A stretch of DNA of 60,895 bases, from NCBI GenBank assembly GCA_030527365.1, contig JAUNAX010000001.1:1-60895 (forward strand), in the 5' to 3' direction. Origin of the DNA: Eubacteriales bacterium (lineage in GTDB: Bacteria > Bacillota > Clostridia > Lachnospirales > Lachnospiraceae). The position numbers were made by a program, and so were the translations under genes. Below are positions 20,974-32,664 of this stretch, in pieces; the stretch's first letter is position 1; every line of letters starts with the position of its first letter. The notes beneath the pieces are model-generated. The model had not been told where the DNA came from. It saw nothing but the letters and a program-made list of their open reading frames with translations, and made no database searches.

Positions 20974-21855
20974 TTAAAAATGATGAATGACAAGCTGAAT
21001 AAAAAGCTGCATCTGGGGAGTGACATATTTATTTTTGTGATAAAATAACTGATTGAACATCTTTACAGGGGGAAGATTTGTTCTGACTTCTGTAAGGGTA
21101 CGGTTTTGAAGTTCTTCTTTTACTGTAAACCGGGGAAGAAAAGAATAACCCATACCTTTTTTCAGAAGGTGGATAATTGTTTCCGTGTTTCCGATTTCCA
21201 GAACAGGAGAAATGTGCAGCTCCCGTTCGGAGAGAAGTTTTTCCAGTTCATAATGGTAGGCGGCGCCTACTTCTGTCAGGATAAAAGGCCTTGCAGCCAG
21301 TTTCTCAATTTCCAGAAAGGATTGGGAAGAGGCAGCAGGGTCTTTTAAGGTAACAAAAATAATATCTTCTGTTCTTTGAGCAGCACAAATCCATTCGTCT
21401 TTGTAAATTTTATGGTCAAGGGTGAGAATGCAGTCGATTTCATTGCTTTTTGCAAGCTCCATAAGCTCTTCTGTCGTGCCGGAGCGGATGGTAATTTTTA
21501 TGTCTGGATACATATCGTGAAAAGCGGGGAGAAGTTGGGGAAGTAATGCAGTGCAGATGGACTCTGCTCCTCCGATGCGCAGGCTGCCTGAAGGTGTTTT
21601 CTCACGGGAGCAGAAGGAAAGGGCGGAATCTTCCGCTTTTACGATATTGTTGGCATAAGAAATAAAGGCTTCTCCCTGTTCTGTTAAATAAACTTTTTTT
21701 CCAATACGCTCAAAAAGAGGAATGCCAAGCTCTTTTTCCAGCTGCTGGATCTGAATGGTAACGGCAGACTGAGAGTAGCCAAGCTGCTGGGCAGCTTTTG
21801 AAAAATTTTGTGTCACAGATACTTTCAAAAAGGTTTTAATGTTCTTAATTTCCAT
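20974..21855 (-). CDS. LysR-family transcriptional regulator
   Basis: [31 protein letters not shown]; ATG 21855 with AAGGAG RBS. Confidence 0.95.
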   Translation of the reverse strand: MEIKNIKTFLKVSVTQNFSKAAQQLGYSQSAVTIQIQQLEKELGIPLFERIGKKVYLTEQGEAFISYANNIVKAEDSALSFCSREKTPSGSLRIGGAESICTALLPQLLPAFHDMYPDIKITIRSGTTEELMELAKSNEIDCILTLDHKIYKDEWICAAQRTEDIIFVTLKDPAASSQSFLEIEKLAARPFILTEVGAAYHYELEKLLSERELHISPVLEIGNTETIIHLLKKGMGYSFLPRFTVKEELQNRTLTEVRTNLPPVKMFNQLFYHKNKYVTPQMQLFIQLVIHHF

Positions 21856-21982
21856 AGGTTCTCCTTTGGGGATTTTTTTATTAAAAAAAATCATATATCT
21901 TATAAAAATTATAAATTTTACATATATAGAAATTTATTGTACATTACTATTTAGAATTAGTCAAAAGAAAAGAGGAAATAAA

Positions 21983-23425
21983 ATGATAAACAGTGAAAAT
22001 GTGCTGAACGGCAGACAGCTTGAGCAGGAAATAGAAACATTTGTACATGGATTTTTAAAGGAAAAAAGAGACATACATTCCAATAAGGTAATGTGGCAGC
22101 CATCTGATGAGCAGATGAAAAAAGTGGAGAATATGGAAATTCCGGCAGAAGGCCGTGTGGCAGACGAGGTAATCCGGGAAATGACGGAGCAGGTGTATCA
22201 GTACAGAGGAGATGCCAATCATCCGCGGTTTTTCGGATTTGTGCCGGGACCAGCTTCCTCCATTTCCTGGCTTGGGGACATTATGACATCAGCTTATAAC
22301 ATTCATGCAGGAGGAAGCAAGCTGGCGCCTACCGTTAACTGTATTGAACAGAAGCTTTTAAAGTGGCTCTGCGAAAAAGCCGGGTTTACGGGAAAAAGAG
22401 CAGGCGGCGTGTTTGTAAGCGGAGGTTCTATGGCGAATATTACGGCGCTTACAGCAGCAAGAGACAATAAACTTACCGATAAAAATCTGTTTCTCGGTGT
22501 TGCCTATGTTTCAGAGCAGACGCACAGCTCTGTAGCGAAGGGGCTTCGTATCATTGGAATTACAGATAAGAGGATCAGGCGGATCCCGGTGGACAGCGAA
22601 TTTCGTATGGATACGCAGAAACTTCGGGAAGCCATTGAAAAAGATAAAAAAGCGGGATACATTCCCTTTGCTGTAATTGGAACAGCGGGAACGACAAATA
22701 CAGGAAGCATTGACCCACTGGAGGAGATTTCCGATATTTGTAAGGAACACGGACTCTGGTTTCATATTGACGGAGCATACGGCGGTTCTGTATTGTTAAG
22801 TCCGAAACACAGAGAACTTTTGAAAGGAACAGAGCTTGCAGACAGCTTAAGTTGGGACGCTCATAAATGGCTGTTCCAGACTTATGGCTGTGCAATGGTT
22901 CTTGTCCGTGATATAAAGACTCTGTATCACAGTTTTCATGTAAATCCGGAATACTTAAAAGATTTGGAAGGAGATCTGGAAAATGTAAATACCTGGGACA
23001 TTGGTATGGAGCTGACGCGTCCTGCAAGAGGATTAAAACTCTGGCTGACTTTGCAGATTCTTGGAACCGATTTAATCGGAAGCGCCATCGAGCATGGATT
23101 TTCCCTTGCAGAGTGGGCAGAGGAAGCCTTACAGCCAAAAGAAAACTGGGAGATTGTGTCTCATGCACAGCTTGCCATGATAAACTTCCGGTATGCGCCG
23201 GACGATCTTACAGAGGAAGAGAAGGACAGTCTGAATGAAAACATATCAAAACGCATGATAGAAAGCGGGTTTGCTGCTGTATTTACTACTGTTTTAAATG
23301 GGAAAACCGTTCTTCGGATCTGTGCGCTTCATCCGGAGACAACAAAAGAAGATATGTATCGTACCATAGAGCTTCTGGATCAGTATGCGAAAGAAGGCTA
23401 TGCTTCCGTAAAAGAAAATAGATAA
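21983..23425 (+). CDS. PLP-dependent group II decarboxylase; aromatic amino acid/tryptophan decarboxylase-like
   Basis: [34 protein letters not shown] (PLP lysine). Closely resembles the Ruminococcus gnavus tryptophan decarboxylase as recalled. Start ATG 21983. Confidence 0.88.
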   Translation: MINSENVLNGRQLEQEIETFVHGFLKEKRDIHSNKVMWQPSDEQMKKVENMEIPAEGRVADEVIREMTEQVYQYRGDANHPRFFGFVPGPASSISWLGDIMTSAYNIHAGGSKLAPTVNCIEQKLLKWLCEKAGFTGKRAGGVFVSGGSMANITALTAARDNKLTDKNLFLGVAYVSEQTHSSVAKGLRIIGITDKRIRRIPVDSEFRMDTQKLREAIEKDKKAGYIPFAVIGTAGTTNTGSIDPLEEISDICKEHGLWFHIDGAYGGSVLLSPKHRELLKGTELADSLSWDAHKWLFQTYGCAMVLVRDIKTLYHSFHVNPEYLKDLEGDLENVNTWDIGMELTRPARGLKLWLTLQILGTDLIGSAIEHGFSLAEWAEEALQPKENWEIVSHAQLAMINFRYAPDDLTEEEKDSLNENISKRMIESGFAAVFTTVLNGKTVLRICALHPETTKEDMYRTIELLDQYAKEGYASVKENR

Positions 23426-23428
23426 CAG

Positions 23429-23466
23429 AAAAAGTCTCCGGTCTTTATGGCCGGAGATAATTTTTC
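23429..23466. terminator. Probable bidirectional terminator between decarboxylase and sigG
   Basis: TCTCCGGTC...GGCCGGAGA stem flanked by A and T tracts, overlapping the sigG stop. Confidence 0.6.
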
Positions 23467-24224
23467 ATAGATTTCAGGGCATTTTTTTCAAGACGGCTTA
23501 CCTGAGCCTGGGAAATGCCGATTTCATCTGCAACCTCCATCTGGGTTTTTCCCTCGTAAAAACGCAGTTCTATAATATTTCTTTCCCTGTTTCCAAGACG
23601 GTCTAAGGCTTCCCGGAGAGAAAGATTTTCTACCCAGCGCTCCTCTTTGTTTTTCTTATCACTGATCTGGTCCATAACATAAAGGGTGTCGCCTCCTTCT
23701 GTATATACCGGTTCAAACAGGCTGATGGGATTTTGTATGGCGTCCATAGCATATACGATCATTTCTTTTTCAATGCCGATTTCATCTGCAATTTCCTGAA
23801 TGGTAGGCTCTTTTAATTTTTCCTTCGTGTAATGTTCTTTTGCATAAATGGCTTTATATGCAATATCACGGAGAGAACGGCTTACGCGGATAGAATTATT
23901 ATCCCGCAGATAACGGCGGATTTCCCCGATGATCATGGGAACCGCATAGGTGGAAAATTTTACATTTAAGGTTGTGTCAAAATTATCAATGGCTTTTATA
24001 AGACCGATACAGCCAATCTGGAAAAGGTCGTCTGCATTTTCGCTGCTGTTCTGGAAACGCTTTATCACGCTTAAAACAAGGCGGAGATTGCCCTTAATGT
24101 AAAGCTCGCGGGCGTGTTTGTCTCCCTGCCTGATTTTTTTGAAAAGCTCTTCTTTTTCTTCTGCTTTCAGAACGGGAAGTTTCGATGTGTTTACGCCGCA
24201 GATTTCTACTTTGTTTAATGCCAT
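23445..24224 (-). CDS. sigG: RNA polymerase sporulation sigma factor SigG
   Basis: Diagnostic N-terminus NKVEICGVNTSKLP; STYAVPMIIGEIRRYLRDN; GISQAQVSRLEK. Confidence 0.97.
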   Translation of the reverse strand: MALNKVEICGVNTSKLPVLKAEEKEELFKKIRQGDKHARELYIKGNLRLVLSVIKRFQNSSENADDLFQIGCIGLIKAIDNFDTTLNVKFSTYAVPMIIGEIRRYLRDNNSIRVSRSLRDIAYKAIYAKEHYTKEKLKEPTIQEIADEIGIEKEMIVYAMDAIQNPISLFEPVYTEGGDTLYVMDQISDKKNKEERWVENLSLREALDRLGNRERNIIELRFYEGKTQMEVADEIGISQAQVSRLEKNALKSMKNYLRP

Positions 24225-24260
24225 CTAAAGAATCCTCCTTATCTTTCTTTGCTATTAAAG

Positions 24261-24289
24261 ATGATTCTCATGGCAGGGCGGAAATATAC
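24261..24289 (-). promoter_or_regulatory. Putative sigmaF/sigmaG-type promoter of sigG
   Basis: Minus strand GTATA-15bp-GAGAATCAT, partly matching the GYATA-N15-GGnrAnAnT pattern. Confidence 0.4.
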
Positions 24290-24381
24290 GGTTTTCTGTA
24301 AAATATAAAAAATAAAAGCCCTTGACAACACAGAATATGTAATGGAAAATAAAATCCATACAGAAGAAAAGAGGAAACAAT

Positions 24382-25056
24382 ATGAAGGAAGAAAAGAAAA
24401 GCTTTTACCCGGAAGCCGTTGTATTTGATATGGACGGCGTAATGTTTGACAGTGAGAGAATCGTACAGTATTCTTTTAATAAAGCCGGGGAGGAGATGGG
24501 GTACGGTCTTCTGGGAGACGAAAATATATGTTTTACGCTGGGCATGAACCGGGCGGGGAGAAAGGCATACTTTAAGGAAAAATACGGACAGGATTTTCCC
24601 TATGATGCGTTTCAGGAACGATACAGTGAAATTTATAAGGAATATGTAAAAAGAAATGGACTTCCTGTGAAGCCGGGGCTTTATGAGATTCTTGAGGTCT
24701 TGGAGAAAAAGGGCATTCCGGCAGCAGTTGCCACCTCGTCAAGCAGAGAGAATGCCCTGGAAAATTTAAAGCGGGCAGGAGTTCTGAAAAAATTCCGGGC
24801 AGTGATCACAGGAGATATGGTGAAGGAGGCAAAGCCGGATCCTGAGATTTATCAAAAAGCCTGTGACTGTCTTGATACGGAACCGTGCAGAGCAATGGCT
24901 CTGGAGGATGCGCCAAAAGGGATCATAGCTGCCAAAAGAGCCGGAATGTATGCGGTTTTTGTCCCGGACATTCTGGAGGATATGGAAAAATTTCCTGTTT
25001 TGCCGGACAAAAAAGAGGAATCTCTTCTTACGGCAGCCAGATGGATTTCAAGGTAA
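24382..25056 (+). CDS. HAD-superfamily phosphatase (beta-PGM-like, class IA)
   Basis: FDMDGVMFDSE, ATSS, KPDPEIY, LED. Confidence 0.9.
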   Translation: MKEEKKSFYPEAVVFDMDGVMFDSERIVQYSFNKAGEEMGYGLLGDENICFTLGMNRAGRKAYFKEKYGQDFPYDAFQERYSEIYKEYVKRNGLPVKPGLYEILEVLEKKGIPAAVATSSSRENALENLKRAGVLKKFRAVITGDMVKEAKPDPEIYQKACDCLDTEPCRAMALEDAPKGIIAAKRAGMYAVFVPDILEDMEKFPVLPDKKEESLLTAARWISR

Positions 25057-25064
25057 GGCTTCTG

Positions 25065-25334
25065 TTATAAAAGAGCTTCCCGTTCTTTGTGGAGACATTT
25101 GTCCTCCTGGATTTTTACAAGAATAATATCTTCGCCAATCTGACAGATACATTCCCAGGGAATGATGTATTCGCTTTCTCTTCCAAAAAAGCTACAGAAA
25201 CGTCCCGGTTCGGGAACAATGAGTGCAGTCAGGCGGCTTGTTTTACAGTCAAATTCCACATCAATGGGACAGCCCAGGCTTTTGCAGGTGCAGACATTGA
25301 TGATTTCTTTTTGTTTTAATTCACAGATACGCAT
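25065..25334 (-). CDS. YlmC/YmxH family sporulation PRC-barrel protein
   Basis: ELKQKEIINV, IIPWECICQIGEDIILV. Confidence 0.9.
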   Translation of the reverse strand: MRICELKQKEIINVCTCKSLGCPIDVEFDCKTSRLTALIVPEPGRFCSFFGRESEYIIPWECICQIGEDIILVKIQEDKCLHKEREALL

Positions 25335-25354
25335 GATATTACCTGTTTTTGTAA

Positions 25355-25383
25355 AATTTATGCCAAAATCAGTGAAAATATGC
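25355..25383 (-). promoter_or_regulatory. Putative sigmaE/sigmaG-type sporulation promoter of the ylmC-like gene
   Basis: Minus strand GCATA-16bp-CATAAATT. Confidence 0.45.
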
Positions 25384-25394
25384 AGGCTCTTTTA

Positions 25395-25424
25395 TTGACA
25401 TACAGGAAAAATATAAAGTATAAT
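25395..25424 (+). promoter_or_regulatory. sigmaA promoter of nrdR
   Basis: TTGACA-18bp-TATAAT. Confidence 0.75.
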
Positions 25425-25459
25425 ACACATAAATACAGCATCAGAAAGGGGAGTGTACT

Positions 25460-25909
25460 GTGAAGTGTCCGTTTTGTAATCAGGATAATACAAGAGTTGT
25501 AGATTCAAGACCCGTGGAGGATACCAATTCCATACGCCGCCGCCGTCTCTGTGACGCTTGCGGGAGAAGATTTACCACATATGAGAGAGTTGAGACGATC
25601 CCCTTAACTGTCATTAAAAAAGATCAGAACAGGGAGCAGTACAGCAGAAAAAAAATACAGGACGGTGTGTTGCGCGCCTGCTATAAACGTCCCATTTCCA
25701 TTGAAAAAATAGAGGAAATGCTGGATTCCATAGAAGGAGAGATCTTCAATGAGGAAGAGCGGGAGATTTCCAGCACAAAAATAGGAGAAATCGTCATGGC
25801 GCATTTAAAGAAACTGGATGCGGTAGCCTATGTGAGGTTTGCTTCTGTTTACCGGGAATTTAAAGATGTGAGCACGTTTCTTGACGAGCTTAAGAAGTTT
25901 ATGAATTAA
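25460..25909 (+). CDS. nrdR: Transcriptional repressor NrdR
   Basis: MKCPFC, RRRRLCDAC, ATP cone, AYVRFASVYREF. Confidence 0.98.
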   Translation: MKCPFCNQDNTRVVDSRPVEDTNSIRRRRLCDACGRRFTTYERVETIPLTVIKKDQNREQYSRKKIQDGVLRACYKRPISIEKIEEMLDSIEGEIFNEEEREISSTKIGEIVMAHLKKLDAVAYVRFASVYREFKDVSTFLDELKKFMN

Positions 25910-25965
25910 GTACCGGGTCTTGACTTTATGTGAGAAAAAGGTGTAAAATATAAAAAACAATTAAA

Positions 25966-26059
25966 GAGAAAAGGGGAGCTTGTATGACAGGCTGAGAGGA
26001 AGGTAAAACCTTCGACCCGTGAACCTGATTTGGATAATGCCAACGTAGGGATATTTTCG
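25966..26059 (+). ncRNA. TPP riboswitch
   Basis: GGGGAGC...GCTGAGAG...GACCCGTGAACCTGATTTGGATAATGCCAACGTAGGGA upstream of thiC. Confidence 0.95.
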
Positions 26060-26074
26060 AAATGGATATTTTAT

Positions 26075-26109
26075 GGAGAAATTGCCAGACAGGTAGTTTC
26101 TCTTTTTTT
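26075..26109 (+). terminator. Riboswitch expression-platform terminator
   Basis: GGAGAAATTGCC-AGACA-GGTAGTTTCTCT followed by T tract, between aptamer and thiC. Confidence 0.75.
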
Positions 26110-26177
26110 GTATAGAACTATAAATTTCATATAAGCCGCCGCTTTGAAAAGACAAACCGGGGCTGGAAAGGACACAT

Positions 26178-27491
26178 ATGAGAGAATATAAAACACAAAA
26201 AGAAGCCGCAGGAAAAGGGATTCTGACACCGGAAATGAAAATCGTGGCAGAGAAGGAGCATATGGAACCGGAGAAGCTGATGGAGCTTGTGGCAAAAGGA
26301 GAGGTTGCGATTCCATGTAACGTCCGCCATACTTCTATTTCTCCGGAGGGAATCGGAGGAGGTCTGCGGACAAAAATTAATGTAAATCTGGGGATTTCCG
26401 GAGATTGCAAAAACTATGATGTGGAAATGCAAAAAGTGGAAATGGCTGTGAAATTCGGAGCGGAAGCTATTATGGATTTAAGCAATTATGGAAAAACAAA
26501 TACGTTTCGAAGAGAGCTGATTCAGAAATCGCCGGCTATGATTGGAACGGTTCCCATGTATGATGCAATCGGATACCTGGAAAAAGATCTTCTTGAAATT
26601 ACGGCGGAGGATTTTCTGAAGGTAGTGAGGGCACACGCAGAGGAAGGCGTGGATTTTATGACAATTCATGCAGGGATTAACAGAAGAGCAGTGGAAGCTT
26701 TTATGCGGGATAAAAGAAAAATGAATATTGTCTCAAGAGGCGGTTCTCTTTTATTTGCATGGATGATGATGACTGGAAAGGAAAATCCTTTCTATGAATA
26801 TTATGATGAGGTTCTTGATATTTTAAGAGAGTACGACGTTACCATCAGCCTTGGAGATGCGCTCCGTCCGGGCTGCATTGATGACAGCTCTGATGCAGGT
26901 CAGATTTCAGAATTAATTGAGCTGGGAAATCTCACAAAGCGCGCATGGGAGAAAGATGTGCAGGTAATGGTAGAAGGACCGGGACATATGGCAATGGATG
27001 AAATTGCTGCTAATATGAAGATGCAGAAAAGAATATGCCATAATGCACCATTTTACGTTCTGGGACCGATCGTCACAGATGTGGCACCGGGATACGACCA
27101 TATTACATCTGCCATCGGAGGCGCCATAGCAGCAGCAAGCGGCGCTGATTTCCTTTGCTATGTTACACCGGCAGAGCATTTGCGCCTTCCGGATTTAGAG
27201 GACGTAAAAGAAGGAATTATCGCATCAAAAATCGCAGCACATGCGGCAGATATTGCAAAGGGAGTGCCAGGAGCCAGAGCGTGGGATAATGAAATGGCAG
27301 AGGCAAGGCATAAGGTAGACTGGGAGGAAATGTTCCGTCTTTCTATGGATGAGGAAAAGGCAAGAAGATATTTTGAAAGTACTCCGCCTTCTGACAGACA
27401 TACCTGTTCCATGTGTGGAAAAATGTGTGCAGTCCGAACGACGAATATGATTCTGGAAGGAAAAGAAGTAAGATTCTGTACGGAAAAATAA
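26178..27491 (+). CDS. thiC: Phosphomethylpyrimidine synthase
   Basis: [32 protein letters not shown]. Confidence 0.98.
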   Translation: MREYKTQKEAAGKGILTPEMKIVAEKEHMEPEKLMELVAKGEVAIPCNVRHTSISPEGIGGGLRTKINVNLGISGDCKNYDVEMQKVEMAVKFGAEAIMDLSNYGKTNTFRRELIQKSPAMIGTVPMYDAIGYLEKDLLEITAEDFLKVVRAHAEEGVDFMTIHAGINRRAVEAFMRDKRKMNIVSRGGSLLFAWMMMTGKENPFYEYYDEVLDILREYDVTISLGDALRPGCIDDSSDAGQISELIELGNLTKRAWEKDVQVMVEGPGHMAMDEIAANMKMQKRICHNAPFYVLGPIVTDVAPGYDHITSAIGGAIAAASGADFLCYVTPAEHLRLPDLEDVKEGIIASKIAAHAADIAKGVPGARAWDNEMAEARHKVDWEEMFRLSMDEEKARRYFESTPPSDRHTCSMCGKMCAVRTTNMILEGKEVRFCTEK

Positions 27492-27506
27492 AAATCAGAA
27501 ATAAAT

Positions 27507-27546
27507 AAAAAAACTTCCCGGAGCGATTGTTCCGGGAAGTTTTTTT
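27507..27546. terminator. Bidirectional terminator thiC/gdhA
   Basis: AAAAAAACTTCCCGGA...TCCGGGAAGTTTTTTT. Confidence 0.9.
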
Positions 27547-27553
27547 GAGGAGA

Positions 27554-28918
<1,365 letters not shown>

Positions 28919-29063
28919 TCATGAGCGTTATTATACACTAAAGTGATAAAAAAGAAAAGAGATTTTTAATTTTTTTTAAACATGAACAGCAGAGGCTTGC
29001 GAAAGCAGAGTAAATGTGAGATTATAATGAAATACAAATTTCGTAAAAGGGGAGAAACGTAAA

Positions 29064-30281
29064 GTGAGAACATTTGAAAAATCTTCAAAGCTTGATAATG
29101 TATTGTATGATGTACGAGGACCTGTTGTAGAAGAGGCAGGAAGAATGGAGGAAGAAGGCAAGGAAATCCTGAAGCTGAATATAGGAAATCCATATCCCTT
29201 TGGATTTTCCGCTCCGCAGGAAGTGATTCTGGATATGCTGAGTAATGTACGCACTTCTCAGGGGTACTCTGATTCCAGGGGGATTTTTTCCGCAAGAAAA
29301 GCTATTATGCAGTATTGTCAGTTGCGTGGCATTCCAAATGTGACCATGAACGATATTTATACAGGAAACGGGGTAAGCGAGCTTATTAATCTCTGTATGC
29401 AGGCTCTTTTAAATAATGGAGATGAAATTCTGATCCCCGCCCCGGATTATCCGCTCTGGACGGCAACGGCAACTCTTTCCGGAGGAAAAGTTGTACATTA
29501 TATTTGCGATGAGCAGTCGGAGTGGTATCCGGATATGGACGATATTCGAAGTAAAATTACAGATAAGACAAAGGCGATCGTAATTATCAATCCCAATAAC
29601 CCTACAGGAGCCGTATATCCCAAAGAGGTTCTGGAACAGATTGTACAGATTGCAAGAGAGCATGAGCTGATCATTTTTTCTGATGAGATTTATGACCGTC
29701 TTGTTATGGATCAGTATCAGCATACTTCTATTGCTTCTCTTGCCCCGGACTTATTCTGTATTACTTTTTCCGGCCTTTCCAAATCTCATATGATCGCAGG
29801 CTTCCGTATTGGCTGGATGGTGTTGAGCGGACCGAAAAATCGTGCAAAAGGATATATAGAAGGATTGAATATGCTTTCCTCCATGCGTCTCTGTTCCAAT
29901 GTTCCGGCACAGTCTATTGTACAGACTGCCCTTGGGGGATACCAGAGTGTCAATGAATATATACAGCCGGGCGGACGTATTTACGAGCAGAGAGAATACA
30001 TATATAAAGCCCTTACAGATATTCCGGGAATCACGGCAGTTAAGCCAAAGGCTGCATTTTATATTTTTCCGAAAATTGATGTGGAGAAATTTCATATTGA
30101 AAATGACGAGCAGTTTGCTCTTGATTTTCTTCATGAGAAGCAGGTTCTTCTTGTTCCTGGAAAGGGATTTAACTGGCATCAGCCGGATCATTTCCGCGTG
30201 GTGTATCTTCCTAATGTTCTGCAGCTTGAGAAGGCGGCAAAGAAGCTTGGCGATTTCTTAAGCACATATAAACAGAAATGA
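29064..30281 (+). CDS. alaA: PLP-dependent aminotransferase class I, AlaA-like
   Basis: KSSKLDNVLYDVRGPV, LNIGNP, INPNNPTG, GLSKSH...GFRIGW; GTG start. Confidence 0.85.
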   Translation: MRTFEKSSKLDNVLYDVRGPVVEEAGRMEEEGKEILKLNIGNPYPFGFSAPQEVILDMLSNVRTSQGYSDSRGIFSARKAIMQYCQLRGIPNVTMNDIYTGNGVSELINLCMQALLNNGDEILIPAPDYPLWTATATLSGGKVVHYICDEQSEWYPDMDDIRSKITDKTKAIVIINPNNPTGAVYPKEVLEQIVQIAREHELIIFSDEIYDRLVMDQYQHTSIASLAPDLFCITFSGLSKSHMIAGFRIGWMVLSGPKNRAKGYIEGLNMLSSMRLCSNVPAQSIVQTALGGYQSVNEYIQPGGRIYEQREYIYKALTDIPGITAVKPKAAFYIFPKIDVEKFHIENDEQFALDFLHEKQVLLVPGKGFNWHQPDHFRVVYLPNVLQLEKAAKKLGDFLSTYKQK

Positions 30282-30310
30282 TAGACTGAAAAGGAAAAAA
30301 ATGTTATACT
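30282..30310 (+). promoter_or_regulatory. sigmaA promoter of citrate synthase operon
   Basis: TAGACT-17bp-TATACT with extended TG. Confidence 0.65.
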
Positions 30311-30408
30311 GTTATAAGATGTGATGAAAAGCACATAGAAAATACATAGAGGGTACGAGGAGGGACCTTTATCGACTGACTGAATAAAAGAGAAAGGGGC
30401 AATACAAT

Positions 30409-31770
30409 ATGAGTGGATTTAACATGAAAGTGACACCGGAAATCGAAAGACTGACAGAGGTTTGCAAGGAACACAGCAGTCTTGATCTGTCTCTTTACGG
30501 AAAATATGATGTAAAGAGAGGACTTCGTGACATCAATGGAAAGGGTGTTCTTGCAGGACTGACCCAGGTTTCCAATGTGCAGGCAACAAAAATCGTAGAC
30601 GGACAGGAAGTCCCCTGTGCAGGAAGTCTTTCTTACAGAGGTTATGATATTAAGGAGCTTACAGGAGGCTTTATCAAGGACAAGCGTTTCGGATTTGAGG
30701 AGACGGCTTACCTTCTTCTTTTCGGTAAACTGCCAGATAAAGAGGAATTGAAGGAATTCACTGACCTTCTGGCAAATCAGCGCTCTCTTCCGAAAAACTT
30801 TACAAGAGATGTGATTATGAAAGCGCCGTCAAGTGATATTATGAATGCGCTTTCCAGAAGCGTACTTACCCTGTATTCCTACGATAAGAATCCGGACGAT
30901 ATTTCCCTGCCGAATGTTCTTCGTCAGTGTCTCAATCTTATCAGCGTATTTCCGTTGCTTTCCGTATATGGATACCAGGCGTACAATCACTTTGTAAGAG
31001 GCAAGAGCCTTTATATTCACAATCCGAAAAAAGAGCTTTCCACAGCGGAAAATATTCTGCGTATGCTCCGTCCAGATAAGAAATATACAGCTCTGGAAGC
31101 TCAGATTCTGGATATTGCGCTGATCCTCCATATGGAGCATGGCGGTGGAAACAACTCCACTTTTACTACTCATGTGGTATCATCTTCCGGAACCGATACA
31201 TATTCTGCGATCGCAGCAGCTCTCGGCTCACTGAAAGGACCAAAGCACGGCGGCGCCAATATTAAGGTAGTCAGCATGGTTCAGGATATGAAAAAAGAAG
31301 TGAAGGACTGGGAAGACGAGGACGAGGTAAGAAATTATCTGAAAAAACTGCTTCATAAAGAGGCATTTGACAGAAGAGGGCTTATCTATGGTATGGGACA
31401 TGCAGTCTATTCTGTATCTGACCCGCGAGCAGAAGTCTTTAAAGGATTTGTGGAAACTCTGGCAAAAGAGAAAGGCAGGATGAAGGACTACCGTCTCTAT
31501 TCAATGGTAGAGCGTCTGGCGCCTGAGGTCATTGCAGAGGAGAGAAAAATCTACAAAGGTGTAAGCGCAAACGTGGACTTTTACAGCGGTTTCGTTTACA
31601 GTATGCTGGATCTGCCTCTTGAACTTTTTACCCCTATGTTTGCAGTGGCACGTATTGTAGGCTGGAGCGCACATCGTATGGAAGAGCTTATCAACACAGA
31701 TAAGATCATCCGTCCTGCATACAAGAATGTGCTGGAGCCGGCAGCTTATGTGCCGCTTGATGAGCGTTAG
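30409..31770 (+). CDS. gltA: Citrate synthase (Si-type)
   Basis: HMEHGGGNNSTF, GPKHGGAN, GMGHAVY, DPRA, ANVDFYSG. Confidence 0.92.
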   Translation: MSGFNMKVTPEIERLTEVCKEHSSLDLSLYGKYDVKRGLRDINGKGVLAGLTQVSNVQATKIVDGQEVPCAGSLSYRGYDIKELTGGFIKDKRFGFEETAYLLLFGKLPDKEELKEFTDLLANQRSLPKNFTRDVIMKAPSSDIMNALSRSVLTLYSYDKNPDDISLPNVLRQCLNLISVFPLLSVYGYQAYNHFVRGKSLYIHNPKKELSTAENILRMLRPDKKYTALEAQILDIALILHMEHGGGNNSTFTTHVVSSSGTDTYSAIAAALGSLKGPKHGGANIKVVSMVQDMKKEVKDWEDEDEVRNYLKKLLHKEAFDRRGLIYGMGHAVYSVSDPRAEVFKGFVETLAKEKGRMKDYRLYSMVERLAPEVIAEERKIYKGVSANVDFYSGFVYSMLDLPLELFTPMFAVARIVGWSAHRMEELINTDKIIRPAYKNVLEPAAYVPLDER

Positions 31771-31785
31771 AAAGGGTTTTGTAAC

Positions 31786-32658
31786 ATGAATAAGGAAAAT
31801 CAGACAGCTCTTATCCTGGAGGGAGGCGGAAACAGAGGTGTGTTTACCGCCGGCGTCCTGGATTATCTGCTGGAACAGAATATGGAATTTTCCTACGTGG
31901 CAGGAGTATCCGCAGGAGCATGCAATGCAGTGGATTTTGTCTCAAAACAGACAGGGCGGACAAGACAGTGCATGATTCAGGAGGATAAGGAATACAGCTA
32001 TATCAGTATGGGAAATATGATTAAAAACAGAAGCCTTTTTGATATGGATCTGCTTTTTGACAAATATCCCAATGAGATTTTTCCATTTGATTTTGATACA
32101 TATTTTCAGTCGCACACAGAATGTGAGCTTGTTGTGACAAACTGTAATACGGGAGAAGCGGAATACCTTTCTGAGAAAGAAGACCGGCAGAGACTTATGA
32201 ATATCTGCCGGGCTTCGTCAAGTCTTCCTGTTGTAAGCCCTATGGTAGAGCTTGACGGAGAAATGTATCTTGACGGAGGAATTGCAGATTCCATACCTGT
32301 GATTCATGCAATGAAAAAGGGACACCGGAAAAATGTAGTAATCCTTACAAGAAATTATGGATACCGCAAACAGAAGCCAGGAAAAAGCAAGGCTCTCTAT
32401 GTGGCTGCATTCCGGGAATATCCCAAACTTCTCAATACCCTTTTAAACCGCTATCGTAATTACAACAGGACACTGGATTTAATTGAGAAATGGGAAAAAG
32501 AAGGTCATATTTTTGTAATCCGTCCGGAGATGGAACCTGTGGGAAGAGCAGAGAGAGATGAAGAAAAGCTGGCTGCTTTTTATCAGCATGGATATGATCT
32601 TATGAAAGAAAAAATTACAGATATGGAGACATATCTGGAACAGGATAACGAGGACTGA
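31786..32658 (+). CDS. Patatin-like phospholipase
   Basis: EGGGNRG, GVSAG, DGG motifs. Confidence 0.9.
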   Translation: MNKENQTALILEGGGNRGVFTAGVLDYLLEQNMEFSYVAGVSAGACNAVDFVSKQTGRTRQCMIQEDKEYSYISMGNMIKNRSLFDMDLLFDKYPNEIFPFDFDTYFQSHTECELVVTNCNTGEAEYLSEKEDRQRLMNICRASSSLPVVSPMVELDGEMYLDGGIADSIPVIHAMKKGHRKNVVILTRNYGYRKQKPGKSKALYVAAFREYPKLLNTLLNRYRNYNRTLDLIEKWEKEGHIFVIRPEMEPVGRAERDEEKLAAFYQHGYDLMKEKITDMETYLEQDNED

Positions 32659-32664
32659 CAAATT

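Noticed and set aside
21839-21982. 48-aa N-terminal extension of the decarboxylase ORF
   Set aside because: Runs through the divergent promoter and LysR start; RBS and homology support ATG 21983.
20954-23460. LysR-decarboxylase as a mobile cassette
   Set aside because: No transposase, terminal inverted repeats or target-site duplication visible.
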